A stretch of 63,953 nucleotides of DNA, filler included, from Octopus bimaculoides (GCF_001194135.2; 7 parts of 6 records of this genome joined end to end with filler, not necessarily neighbours in it), one strand, 5' to 3'; shown: positions 47,182 to 62,539, numbered from the whole stretch's first letter. Program-made: numbers and translations. The notes: generated by a model not told the origin, from the sequence alone.

Positions 47182-47823
47182 CAAAATAAGCAACAGGATA
47201 TCAAGTAGTAATGCATGTCGACCGTTTCAAGAGGATCCATTTAATAGAACATCACAATCATTACATCATTTTAAATGTAGTGCTATCTTCAGCTGCACAA
47301 AATATAGAATTTTTTAACAAGTAGAGCACATTAATATATTTTTTCTTAAGTGTTTCAACAGAGGAAGAAGATGGAGGAAATTCATGTTGCCGCTTTAGTA
47401 GCAAAGTGGCTAAGAATAAACTACAATTTCTTAGAATCGCATGGAGCATAGTGAGGTCATAGGGTTGAAAGGGTTGTAATTCGTTTCTAAGTTATTTATC
47501 TCTTTATCATCTATTAAATCTGTGTCTATTTTGAATAAAGAACAAGAATGAGTTGACAGTTCAGGGCTAGGTATGGTCATGTAGTCTATTCGTCACCACC
47601 TAGCTACAGTGGCGACAGCATGAATTTCTTCCATCTTCTTGCTCTGTTAAAATATTTAAGAAAAATTATATTAATGTGTCCTACTTGTTAAAAAATTCTA
47701 TATTTTGTGCAGCTGAAGATAGCAGTGCATTTAGATTGATGTAATGATTGCATTGTTGAATTAAATGGAGCTGCTTGAAACGGTCGTACTGCATTACTAC
47801 TTGATATCCTGTTGCTTACTTTG
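47182..47823. mobile_element. Foldback element with ~244-bp inverted arms
   Basis: 47182-47425 is the reverse complement of 47580-47823 (e.g. gctatcttcagctgcacaaaatatagaatt). Confidence 0.8.
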
Positions 47824-47860
<37 letters not shown>

Positions 47861-48619
47861 ATAGATGTGTGCAGTATTTCTCCACTCCACAGGACGAGTC
47901 TGTAGAAAATTAAATAAATACCATAGTGTTTAAACAGATTTTGGACAAGAATACAGTAAATCGAAATGGTAGTTGGTATGTCATCAGACCCGGTGGTTTA
48001 CAAAATTTAATGTCTGAAGTTGTTATATCAGATTAAGAAGGGTAAGCTACAAAAATGATACAAGCATTTCAGAAAGTTCAGAAAGGATTGTTTTTATGCC
48101 GTGTAAATGCTTGCTGCGTGATGCATCGTAGAAAGTAGGCTGTTAATATGGCAACATTAAGGTGGGTGGAGAAATAATGAATAGGAAACTTCATCAAAGC
48201 TGATTGATAGCCAATTAGAGAGAGGACTTAAACATACTGCAGCATCTGTCGAAGTTTGAAAGCTTGTACACTGAAAGCTTGTAAACTGGTAAAAGCTGTA
48301 CAAAAACGTGTTTTTTCTCCTATTTCCTGTCTGATTGATCATCTTACATGAATTACACTTGCAATAGTTGATTGTGGCTATTCATCAATAAACGATGACT
48401 AAATTGACACATTCTATTGATGTTTAGAAAGAATAGATATTGAATTTAGTTCAGCTCAATTCAATTTCTTGTCATTACATAGAAACACAATGAAATGTAG
48501 GAAATACACTCTGTGAATGCTGTGTAAATGGCTCTTTTAATATACCGTGTTCCTCTAAATATATTGATGCTTTCATTTCATTTCGTTTTCGGTATTCAAT
48601 CAAGATAGGAATTCAATCA

Positions 48620-48676
<57 letters not shown>

Positions 48677-48707
48677 GATGACGACGATGATGATGACGAC
48701 GACGACG

Positions 48708-48777
<70 letters not shown>

Positions 48778-48816
48778 CGATGCTGGTGATGATGATGATG
48801 TTGATAAGAATAAAAA

Positions 48817-49700
<884 letters not shown>

Positions 49701-52390
49701 GGTTGTTGTTGAGCAGAGTTGTTTGTGCGTCGGACAAAAACGCTTTACAGCATTTCTTCTGGCTACCTTTGTTCTGAGTTTCAAATTCCGTCGAGTTCGA
49801 CTTTGTCTTTAATCCTTCCGGCGAGGTCGATAAAATAAAGTACCGGTCAGGCACTGGATACGATGTAATCGTCTAACTCACTTTTATCCGGAATTTCGTG
49901 CCTATTGCCTGTAGGAGAAAAAAATTAATAAGGCTGACAAATTCGTAAGTGCATCGAACAAAAATTCTTTGCTATGTTTCTTACAATTGTTTACTTTCCG
50001 AGATGAAGTTCCGCCGTGGCCGACTTTACTCATAATCCTTTCGAACTAAGTTCTAGTTGAGTCCTGGGGTCAATGGCATTGACTAACTACTCTCAGCCCT
50101 ACCAGACTAAAATATATATTAGTAGCCTTGTGTTTCAATCAGTAATCATTGTAATCTTTTCTTTTTATAACACTAAGACATGATTTGAGGTAAATTTGGC
50201 TGCTATTTCTAACGAAACAAACCACTACATATGGACCACTACATTTGCTGGGTCGTTTTGGTACAGTTATCTGCGTTTTCTTAACAACTGCGATTTCTGA
50301 GGAGAATTAATTTTTTTCTTTCTTTCTTTATTTATTTATTTCCTTATGGAGATCTGATGTTTCAGCGGAAAGTCAGCCATTTTGATTTTTTCCTTTAGAG
50401 TTTTCGACAGCGGAAATTATTTCTGTTAGTTGACTAATTTAACTTTCCCCGCTATGAAAAGTGTGTATTTGTATATTTTTACATTTCAGTAAAAAAAAAT
50501 TGAACAATTTAATAATTAATTTAATAATAATGAAGCTACGATTGATCAAAGAATTCATTTGCATATATTTAAATTAAGTGTTGTCATGAATAGAGAAAAG
50601 AGGATGAAGAAAACGAGAGAAGGAGGAAATGAGAAAAAATTAACAAATTTTATTGTTGTTTCATGTAATGGTTGATACTTGAAAGAACTACCAAAATAAC
50701 AATGTTCGTTTAGTGCGCCTTCCACTCTCCTCTCCGTTAGACAATAGAGAGACGTATACAACAGACACACACGCACGTACATGCATAAGCCTCGTTGTAT
50801 GGTTAAGAAGATTGCTTCCCAAACATGTGGTTTTAGGTTCGATCCTACTGCGTGGCACCTTAGACAATCCTCTTCTAGAATAGCTCCAAGCTGACCACAG
50901 CCTTTTGTGTGATTTTAGTAGACAAAATCAGGAAGTTTAAGCCCATCATATATACATATATATATATATATATATANNNNNNNNNNNNNNNNNNNNNNNN
51001 NNNNNNNNNNNNNNNNNNNNNNNNNNNNNNNNNNNNNNNNNNNNNNNNNNNNNNNNNNNNNNNNNNNNNNNNNNNNNNNNNNNNNNTATATATTTATATT
51101 TATATTTACATATACTCACCATTTTTTTTTTTCGGCAATTTCATCATGTTGAACCGTTAATCTCTACGCATTGTTTTCTCTCTCCATTTTTTCGTTCTTT
51201 CTGTCCCCTTTTCTTCCTCCCAATTCTTTCTGTCGAGGAGCGTAAGCTCGAAATGTCAAGCACTTTTTCCTTTTTCCCGAGCGTCAAACTAACACACCTG
51301 CTTGTTGTTCCCTCACATGTCGTCATCTTTTGTTTTCTGTAAATTTGAACTATGTATGTGTGTGTTACGAATTAGAAGCAGTGCTAGTGCTGTGAAACAT
51401 TATCGACCGTGCGTACTAAACACATACATTGAGTCCGCGCGATCGATAATGTTTGTAACACTAGCGCTTCTTTTAATTCATAATTGAATATAATCTTACG
51501 TACGCATCGTCGCATGGTTTTTACACTAATTGTATATAGTCATAGACTGACGATTCAGATCGTCCACGATTCAAGTACGTGATCTTGATAAACCACAAAA
51601 AGGGCGAAATATCGATATCGATCGCTGCTGAATGGAACTGAAGACGAGTTCTATGACTTTCAGGTGTTTTAACTCCAAGTACTTTGAGAGAGTTGTCCCC
51701 CAAAGCACTATGCTGCAGCGAACCTGCGAACAAGCAAAACTTATTAAGTATGTGCTTTCGATAACGTGTGTATTGGCAGGGGTTGTGTACTGTATAGCGT
51801 GGTCTGATTTTTAACAAGTAGTCTACGACGTGATCAGTTAAGAGAGTAAAGATGTAAAGATGTAAAGATATTTTTATAACAAAAGACCTCAAAAAGACTT
51901 GTGGAGTACAGCTACCCAGGGTTTCCTGGACGAAATATTAATTTATTTCGAGATTTATCAATCTGGTAAAAACAACAAGATGGTTCAGTGATTGCGTTCG
52001 GTGCAAACGACGTTTGAGAGAGCTCGATCATCTACTAAAAGACACAAACGCTAAACCGTCTTCATAAATGGCGGAATAAATTGATATTTCGTTCATGAAT
52101 TCCTGAGTAGTATTTCACAAGGATTTTTATGGTTTTTATTATAACGTGTTTGTGTGTGTGTGTGTGTGTGTGCATATATTTATATATACATATGCATAGA
52201 TGTAGATATGTATGTTTAGCTGAAGATCGGCAACGTGAAACTCCTCGCGATTCGTGAAGCTTTTAGCTTCCAATAAAATTTAATGTTTCATTCTAATTTT
52301 AGTAATAACAGTCTGCATCCTCGCTCTGATGTGTTTATGTATTGTATGTGTGTGTGTATGCATATATACACATTCATGCACACACACATT

Positions 52391-52423
<33 letters not shown>

Positions 52424-52426
52424 TAT

Positions 52427-52464
<38 letters not shown>

Positions 52465-52554
52465 GTGCATTATCAATTTATGACTTATCCTTTTCCAATC
52501 GTAATTTGAAGACGTGATGTTTCATGACAATTGCAAATGTCTGTTTATTGTTGT

Positions 52555-52628
52555 GGCTGATGATGTTGATGATGATGATGATTACGATGATGATGATGAT
52601 GATGATAATGATGATGATGATGATGGTG

Positions 52629-52667
<39 letters not shown>

Positions 52668-52712
52668 ACGATGATGATGATGATGATGATAATGATGATG
52701 ATGATGATGGTG

Positions 52713-52747
<35 letters not shown>

Positions 52748-52850
52748 AATGATATATGGATGACTATGACGATGATGACGACTACGCCAACGTTGATGAT
52801 GATGATGACGTCATCATCATCATCACCATCATCGTCGTCGTCGTCGTCAT
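52555..52850. repeat. (GAT)n microsatellite with a higher-order duplication
   Basis: The gattac...gataat...ggtgag pattern occurs twice. Confidence 0.85.
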
Positions 52851-53041
52851 GACGACTTGTATTCTTTCACTATAACCTAGTTTGTTGTAGTAACTAATCT
52901 GTGTTTAATAAACGTTTCGAAACTTTTCTTTCTTCTTCTCCTTTCTTTCTTTCTTTCTTTCTGTCAGTTTTCTTTGTTTTTGTTTTATTCAATTATTTAT
53001 TTATTTATTTATTCTTTTTTTTTTCCTTACCTCCTTCTCAT

Positions 53042-53089
<48 letters not shown>

Positions 53090-53699
53090 TCGCCTCTTCG
53101 TATTTTCCTTTTGTTCTTTCTTTCTTGGCAAACGTTTATTTATCATGGCGCCGTCTTCGTCGTCGTCGTCGTCGACGTCCCCCGTCGTCATCGTCATCGT
53201 CATTGTGAACCATTAACCATTGTGATTGTTAATATTATGATTGTTACTGCTATTGCTGTTGTTGTTGGTGTTGTTGTTGTTGTTAATTGATGCCAATGTT
53301 GCTTTCGTCGTTATTTAACCCTCGGTTAGTCCTGAGAAAGTCATTTCAGACCATAACTATTCCGTCTTTTTATATCAGAAATTAGATTATCAGTTTTTTT
53401 TCTCATGTGCTTTTTTTGTTGTTATTGTTGCTGTTGTTCATTCTCTACGTCTCCTTCTGTTAGTGTGTAGTTTATTGGAGATAAGGCTGCTATTTCTAGG
53501 AGGTTCAGAGACCATATTGAAGCACTCTGCCGTTGTTGTTGTTGTTGTTGTCGCTCCAATTATTTCATGTCTGTTATTTTGGCAGTTACCATTCCTTGCC
53601 AAATTCCAGGTAAAATTACTTGGCACAAATCAGCGATGATCTACCAAGTGTCGTGTGTACCATCACGACTAGATACATCCACGGGTGTGTGCGTGTATT

Positions 53700-53735
<36 letters not shown>

Positions 53736-53758
53736 CACACATGTATACATATGCAGTA

Positions 53759-53850
<92 letters not shown>

Positions 53851-54109
53851 CACACATACATATACATCCATATATATGTATATATATATATATGTTATAC
53901 ATATATATATGTGTGTGTGTGTGTGTGCATGTATGTCTGTATATGTGTGTGTGTTCTCATTCTTTATTCAGTGTCTTACTGCCTCTCATTTTCTTTTCTC
54001 AGTCTCTCTCACTCCCTCTCACTCTTCCTCTCTCTCATTCTCTCACACATACACACACACTTCCTCTCTCTTCTCTTTTCACTCAAAAAATCAAAGAAAC
54101 AGGAGAGTG

Positions 54110-54300
54110 TAGGTCAACGGAAGGGTTTCTACTTCTACGCGATTGCTTCCGGGAACATCTTTACAATGCTGAAAACAATTACCCAACGAATACTTGAACC
54201 CGTGCCCCGCCGCTTCAAAACATTTCACCCGATTCTAACTACCCTCTTATCCTTGAACTATTCCAAAAGCTTAATGCTAGGATGACCCGACAACAAACGG
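54110..54300 (+). mobile_element. Decayed Penelope-type GIY-YIG fragment
   Basis: LRDCFREHL...PVPRRF resembles RL.DRFREHL...PVARHF. Confidence 0.4.
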
Positions 54301-54519
54301 ATCAACGTCTCGTTTTCATCAAAACTGGGAGGACACATAGCCTGCTTTTATTATTTTTATTTAACCTCAGATCATCTCTAGCTGTGCAGATCTACCACTC
54401 AAGCGCTTCACTTATGACCATCCCGTCTATTTTTATATTTCAAACTATATTCAATGTGTTCTTCATTTTTAGTTAAGATGAAAAGCTATTATTTGGTCTA
54501 TTATTATTATTTAAGTATT

Positions 54520-54615
54520 AGAAGATTTGGGTATGAGACGTGTGTCTGCCAAGTTTGTGCCAAAACTGCAAAAGACACTCGGATTTCAGTTGCACAAGAT
54601 CTCCTTGTGTCGAGA
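54520..54615 (+). mobile_element. Mariner transposase fragment
   Basis: DLGMRRVSAKFVPKL...ISVAQDLL. Confidence 0.65.
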
Positions 54616-56189
54616 ACGATGAAAACTTTTTGAAAACTTTACGTAGGCCTCTGAGCAGGTATCGCCAAGATTTTGGCAAAATTTGATGCAGATTCTCAGC
54701 TCAACTTTCTCTGTCATGGTCAATGCAACAATCACACGCTACACACCTTCCTTCCAAGCATTGCTTTAGACAGGAAGTGAATTAGAATGTTAAAACTTAG
54801 TGCACATACACAAAAGAGTTCAAGGTCAATCTGTGCCCAGCGGCTTTACTTTGCATGTTTTAGCTTCGTTATTATGGCAACAGTCCGGATATTTATTGAT
54901 CAGACAACGTACAAACGATTCTGCCAGCTCAGCGCCATATTTTCTAAATATTGTCAGATAAATTCTTTCTTTTTTTTATATTCTTGTTTGTTTTTTGCTT
55001 TTTTTTTTCTACTTGGCACTCCGTCGACATATGTCTGGAAAGAAGTAAAAATTTATTCAAATTTGAAAAACGATAAACAAAAGTTGTAGAGGTAAAAATA
55101 GAGCTTCAAAAATAAAAAGGCAAAACATCAAACACCACAATAAAAATATATGTGTTAATTCAAATCCCGTTGGAAAGGATCAAAATAAATGGGGAATAAA
55201 AAAACAAATCAAACAAATTTATCTGACAACCCTATATATTTAAAATCTTCCGCAATAAAAAATGTTAGCGCCACTTTATATGACAATATCCTAACACTAA
55301 ACTGTCTGTCTGAATAAATAATTTTTTCTCGTGCTATGTTTAATGGTGGCCATATTAAATATACTAACGCAAAACGTTTCATGTCTCACAGCCTAAATAT
55401 TTTCTAAATATATTATAAATGCGGTCCCTGTACTAAAAAGGTTAAGCCTGCTTTATATGATACCACTTAAGTACCACATATACTTTGTAGATTTATTTTT
55501 TAACAGTTAACGTATTACATATGCTAACACGAAACATTAAATATTTCAACAGATAAATATTTTCTAAACATATTTTTAATCCCCCCTCACACCGCTGCAT
55601 AAAAAAATGTCAACGCCATCTTAACAGTTATTTGTCTGTCTGTCTGTTTGTCTGTCAGTACATAATTCTATATCGTTAGGACACCGGACAAAATGCTAAG
55701 CGGCATTTCGCCCGTCTTCATGTTTTGAGTTCAAATTTCACCTAGGTCGACATTGCCTGTTATCCTTTCGGATAACAGTTGAACAGTGTCTGATTGCATA
55801 TTTTTTAGGACGACATTGTCGCAAAGGTGTGAATGGTTAGATCTGGTCAGTTTAAGCATAAAACATGTAGAAGAATATTTGGGCCAGGCGTGGTCGGATT
55901 AGATGCTAAGGAGAGAAATATTTTCATACATTTAAAAAAAAAATTAGCATTACTTTATATAACAGCACTTAAATTTAACCATTTCTCTGTTACTCTAAAA
56001 GATTCTTCCCAGTTATTTTCTAATGGATAACGCATTATACTAACACATAAACTTTTAATGTCTCACCACGTAAAAATTTTCTAAATATACTTTAAATACA
56101 TCCTGCATTAAAAATCTTAACGCTATTTCACACGACCTCTCTGTTTGTCTCACCACGGAACACTTTGTAGTAATATTTCGACGGTTAAC

Positions 56190-56560
56190 AGATGTGGCTA
56201 TGTGGTAAGAAGTTTGCTTCTCAACCACATGGTTCGGAGTTCAGACCCATTGCTCAAGGGCCGAGGGTTTCATGGGTTGGTACTTATCAAACTAGTTTGA
56301 AACTCTCGGCCCTTAAGTCATATCCTTGCGTCAGAATCGGTCCCCCACCATCGCTAGTGAAATGGTGTTGGTGGGTTTACGTCCCCGTAATATAGAGGTT
56401 CGGCAAAACAGACCGATAAAAAGAGTATTAGGCTTTAAAAGGGGGAAAAAATAAGTACAGTGTTCGAACTTGATCATTTACAATGCACCGATTGGATTAA
56501 AAGGCGGTGCTCCAGTATAGTCGCAGTCTAATGACTGAAAGAAATACAAAAAATAAAATA
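56190..56560 (+). mobile_element. SINE family A, diverged
   Basis: Head gtggctatgtggtaag; tail ggcggtgctccagtatagtcgcagtc. Confidence 0.75.
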
Positions 56561-57131
56561 CGAAAGCAAGATTAAATACACTAACAAGAAGCTCATCTGC
56601 ATATTGCTTCTAAACACATTTTGAATTCCTTCCTTGCATTAAAAATGTTGATACAATCTGACATGACCATACATTGAAACTAACTTAACAATCGATCAGT
56701 CTATTCTCTGTGGCGTTATTTTTAACGCTAATTTAACTGGAGTAATCTGTCTTTCTCCATAATCATTTCTGGATAATTTTTAAGTGTTTCCTTCATTAAA
56801 TACACTGACACTAACTTAACGACCTATTCTTATTAGAATACCGCAAATTATACTTTCCACACTGAGGAATCCTGTATGGCATATTATGTACGAGCTATAT
56901 AGCATGTAGGTCGTTTATTAGTTCATGATTACGAGGAAATGTGGAAAGATTTGTACGAATTACCAATCTCTTTCGTTTACACATTCGTACAACTCATATT
57001 CACACAGATATATTCATGAATACAAAGAATATAAGCATACATACGTATACATACATACATAGATACATAAAGCGTATACATACATGCATGCATACATACA
57101 AGCATGCATACATACATAGTTTATAAATGTA

Positions 57132-57492
57132 ATTATTGAAGTGCTGGGATATGTAACACACTGCCTAAATGCCAATCTTGAGATATTAGGCTTCTCAAAA
57201 CCAGAAAGGAGAAAGCTAATTCGAAGACTACAGATCCAACTCATTACTGGAACTGTAAAAATCTGTAAAACTTTTCCAGAAGTTTGTCATTTAAGTATAT
57301 CTAAGCATGTCTAGATATGCAACTAAACGGATGAGAAGACATACATACAACAAAACATAGAAATCTGAATATATGCATAGATATAAAAATACCCTGTTGT
57401 TGATGTTACAATTCCAATGAAGGCGCCTTGGAATTAGGTTAGGAACCGATTCTTTCTCTATTGGCAAGAAATCTTGAAATGAAACTGAATAA

Positions 57493-57530
<38 letters not shown>
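57132..57530 (+). mobile_element. 3' end of an RLE-type (R4/NeSL-like) non-LTR element with (ATAC)n tail
   Basis: IEVLGYVTHCLNANLEILGFSKPERRKLIRRLQIQLITGTVKICKTF fits the GALG..L..LG..LQ..LLGT..I terminal pattern. Confidence 0.5.
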
Positions 57531-57536
<6 letters not shown>

Positions 57537-57838
57537 TATATATATTATTTGTGTGTGTATGTGTGTGTGTGTGTATGTATATGTATATGTATGCTTGTGT
57601 ACAACTATACTTATACACTCACAAACTTATATGCACACAAACAGAGGTGCACTCAACTAACTTTGATTCACTCGTTCATTTCCATTTATTTGTTCTTGTG
57701 TTATCTCTTACCTCAATTTTGCTTCGTCGTATAAATTGCTCTTTCGATTTCCCTCTTTCATTGGCGCTGAGTCTTTTGACATGTGGGTGTGTATGTATGT
57801 GTACACGTACATAGATTAATAGATAGACAGACTGCTAT

Positions 57839-57873
<35 letters not shown>

Positions 57874-58042
57874 CATACATACATACATACATAAACACAA
57901 ACACGTATGTATACATGTACTGGCATGTGTGTATATGTATATGTATATGTATGTAATATATATACATATGTGTATGCGTATGCATGCCTACAAATATGTG
58001 TATATATGTTTATGTGTATAAATATAAATATATACACATATG

Positions 58043-58102
<60 letters not shown>

Positions 58103-58589
58103 TATTCACACACAAAGACACATATACACATATATATACACATACATACATATACACACGGTGCTCCAGCATGGCCGCAGTCAAAGGACTGAAACAAATA
58201 AAAGAGTAAAAGAGTAAAAGACCGATGTATATATATATATATACATGTGTGTATATGTATGTATGTGTATATATATGTGTATATGTGTTTTTATAAGTAT
58301 ATATATACACGTGTATATATGTGTATGGATGTGTGTACACACACACATATACAATACATGTAGAGATACATACAATTACACGTAAGTATAACATGATGGA
58401 ATTAAAATATCTCGTATTTTTTTTCTATTTTGTTTATATATTTGCATACTTATTTGCATTATTTATTTTATTTTATTTTATTTTATTTTATTTTATTTTA
58501 TTTTATTTTTTGTTCTACAACACTTCTCTGAAAGACAAAAAAAATAATAATAAGGAAATTGCTTTACAGACCGTGACGAAGCAAGGCAA

Positions 58590-58607
58590 CCATTACCATC
58601 ATCATCG

Positions 58608-58649
<42 letters not shown>

Positions 58650-58808
58650 CCATCATCACCATCATATTCATCAGCATCATCGTCATCAACATTATCATCG
58701 TCATCATCATCGTCGTCGTCGTCATCATCTCCATCAACACCACCAACCCCATTATCATCACCATCGTCATCACCATCGTCAATATCCTAAGTAGTAGCAG
58801 TAGTAGTC

Positions 58809-58839
<31 letters not shown>

Positions 58840-58901
58840 CACCACCACCACCACCAGTAGTAGTAGTAGTAGTAGTAGTAGTCGTAGTAGTAGTAGTAGT
58901 C

Positions 58902-58936
<35 letters not shown>

Positions 58937-58972
58937 CGTAGTAGTAGTAATAGCAGCACCACCACCACCACC

Positions 58973-59022
<50 letters not shown>
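58590..59022. repeat. (CAT)n then (TAG)n compound microsatellite
   Basis: Seen directly in the sequence. Confidence 0.95.
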
Positions 59023-59696
59023 CAAGAAAAGAAGAAAAAGCGAAGTGTTCCATTTAATATTACATATTGTTTTTTGGGGGGTTTTTGTTGTACTTGTGTT
59101 CTTTCTGTTTGTTTGTTTTTCTGGAGTTTGTTTTTTATTATGTTTTTAATCTTTACATATTTGTTACTTTTCGTTTCCGTGTTGTTTTCCTTCATCCTTT
59201 TTTTCTTCATTTTTTCTGTTGTTATTTTTTTTTTTTTTTTTTTTTTTTTTTTATTTCCACGGTCACTTGGCAGATAAAATAATCTACACAGTACAATTTG
59301 TTCAGGTTAGCGAAGTTATTTGATTCTATCTGTTCGATAAACATAATTAAACGAAATTCTGACTGCAAGAAGGGAATAACATGGCCGGCGTATTTGGCTG
59401 GCTGGCTGGTTGATTGGTTGGTTGGCTAGCCTGTTTCCTTTCACGTTCCACCACACCCCCACGCCAGTGCAAACACCCACCATTTCTACCACCTCCACCA
59501 CCACCCACACACACACGTACGAGTACACTATTTCCAACTTACTCCCACCGACGATTTGTGTAAGGTCCAATAAACCTGCCCTTCTTGCAATTTTAGAGCA
59601 AGAAAAACTGGGCGGGGTGGGCGAGGGGAGAGCGAAATGTAGCGAGACAAAATATGAATATGGCGAATCTTGTAAATGTATATACATACATACAAG

Positions 59697-59732
<36 letters not shown>

Positions 59733-60047
59733 CCTGTCGTGTTTTCTGTTTGCAACTTAATTCCTCGGCATTACAAATTTAATTTAATTTAATTTGTTTC
59801 CGTGGGAAGAGCTATTCTAACAATGCTGCCCTAACTCTTCGAAACGCTTAGTTTAGAATAGGGGCAGGTGATGAAGGAAATATTCTCTATGCGGCCTGTT
59901 TGCTTTCTGTGCTCTGTTTATGTTCTGTTTATTATTTTGTCCACGTTTTTTGTGACGTCCTGTACCCAGATATGCATCTATATATACATGTCGATGTAAG
60001 CTTGTACATACATGTACGTATATATGCATATACTCACGTATTATTTG

Positions 60048-60093
<46 letters not shown>

Positions 60094-60969
60094 NNNNNNN
60101 NNNNNNNNNNNNNNNNNNNNNNNNNNNNNNNNNNNNNTTAATTAATTAANNNNNNNNNNNNNNNNNNNNNNNNNNNNNNNNNNNNNNNNNNNNAATAAGG
60201 TCACATGAGAGAGTGTTTTTCTGATGTTCTCTGGAGCCTATCTGTATCTATAAATAACCTAAATTATCCGCGCCAATTTGTCGCGGCTCAGATCCTCACA
60301 GATCTGGTCGTTGACCACACACGTAACACAACCAGCCAGTTCCAGCGACGACATCAACAGCATCGTTCAACTTTCCCAGCGTCAACTCAACTCTACGTAC
60401 ACAAGCTACCGAACAGCCACCGCAGCTTCTCAACCCTGTTTGTGTGATTTGCTCACCACGAAATTAACAGCCAGAACTCAACCTGCGAAGAACATCTGTA
60501 TCAAGAATCCGGCCCGGCATCGAAGCCTCAACATCACGACAAGTGACTTGGCTCTACCTTAACCATAACCTCTTATATACAGACCTACAAATCTACAGTG
60601 TACATTAACAGAACTGGTATCTTATTATCCTGTGTTACAGAATCTTTCTATGCTTTGTATCTCATACATTCACATACATGTATTTGTATACACACTCTTT
60701 TGTTTACATGACGGCCTGTCTTATAATGTGTTTTAATATGTCGCATTCACACTCACACACAGACATACAGTTTAATGCTACAATAAATTTTACTGCTATT
60801 CATCTTTATCGGTTGCGTTTCTATCTGTTTCCTTGCTGGCACACTTCTTAGTTCTCTATGTTATAGTATTATAACATATCTCATATATTTTGTGTCGACC
60901 GTGTGACGCGTTTAAAAAAGGAGCCTGTTTTCCATTCGTCACCATTTCTCCTTTGGTTCGCACGGTCGT

Positions 60970-61104
<135 letters not shown>

Positions 61105-61129
61105 CCAGTGATAGCTGCAAGACTCGTTT

Positions 61130-61720
61130 AAATGGAGGAACGAAGTATTTGACACTTCCATTAAGAATGAAATATTCATTGAAAGAACAAGTTGTGATGT
61201 CAGTGGGAAGTTGTGAGGTTAATGAGTTTCCCATAGAGCATAGAGAGAAATAAAACAAGGCTCTTAGAACTGGTAGTAAAACTGAGTTACGGACACGATC
61301 AGTTTTGCATCTTACGGCAACATCACAGACTCTTTTCTCAAATGCATTCGTGATATGAGTTTTCTTAACATGGAATTGATCTAAATTTGTTAGATATACT
61401 CGGATGGCCAATTCTTTGCTGTTGTTACTATTTTTTAAATTCAGTTTGGTAAGTCTGGGACCTGTAAACTTCATAATCAATTTGTTAGGTTCTTATTTGG
61501 TTAAACATAAGTAGTTTGTAATTTGATGGGATGTGTCGTGGTTGAATGACCAACATGTCTTGCTTGGACCATTTTGTTTTCTGCACTCCATGATGCATAA
61601 TTGCATCTGCCTTCCTCTCCGTTGAGCCATAAAGGTTTCTTCTGCAGAGTCCACCAGACCAAGTCTTCTCGTGCATAGATAAACAAGCGTTAATATGCTA
61701 ATTAACCCATAACTGGGACC
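61130..61720 (-). mobile_element. Decayed RTE-type RT fragment
   Basis: ELAIRV...AFEKRV...KT..VRNSVLLPVL resembles the post-RT region of RTE elements. Confidence 0.45.
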
Positions 61721-62021
61721 CTGCCAAATGTTTACTGCTCTGGGTCAGAAAAGACATAGGAACAATAATCACGAATTGGTTGGAAACTCCTCAAAACACT
61801 GGAACTCACTAACGAATGCAGTCTAAAGTCATACACAGGACGAAGAATGAAAGAGAGAGAGATAGATACATACATACATATATATATATGCGTACGTACG
61901 TACATACATACACACATACATACACATACATACATATACATACACACATTCATACACACATACACGCACACATACATACATACGCACTTACATACATACA
62001 TACAAATATATATATATACAT

Positions 62022-62068
<47 letters not shown>

Positions 62069-62539
62069 NNNNNNNNNNNNNNNNNNNNNNNNNNNNNNNN
62101 NNNNNNNNNNNNTTAATTAATTAANNNNNNNNNNNNNNNNNNNNNNNNNNNNNNNNNNNNNNNNNNNNTGATTGGTTGAAATTACAGAAATAAGACAACT
62201 TTAACATGGAATAATTTATGGATTTCTTTTTTTTTTAAGAAGACTAAAAGAAAAAGATGTTTTATATGACACATTCTACCAGTGTTCCAAGTTTCAAAGT
62301 GCTTCGTTAATGAAAAATGTGGCCCCCGTTTTAAAAAAGATCCAGAGTAAGTGACAGGCTTTAAAAAAAAAAGTAAGGAGGTCGATACATTCGACTAAAA
62401 TTTTAAGGCGAGGTCCCAGTATAGCCGCAGTCGAAGACAAAATATTCTGTAGCGTACCTAGAAAGTGAGAGTGGGATGGGGAGCGGTGCATCACGTTCGG
62501 CACTTTTGGTATATATGCATGTTTCTAGGGTGAGAAGCG

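Noticed and set aside
48240-48297. - strand exon candidate (ttttgtacag|...GCA|gtatgt)
   Set aside because: All three frames are open and no linked exon was found; unsupported.
51521-51752. - strand ORF after a good acceptor
   Set aside because: Two frames are open, there is no clear donor and no recognisable product.
52220-52260. CTGAAGA...GAAA hammerhead-like core (a weaker one near 59790)
   Set aside because: No stem I partner and no NUH cleavage triplet.
52514-52852. Poly-Asp or poly-Met ORFs
   Set aside because: (GAT)n microsatellite with no splice support.
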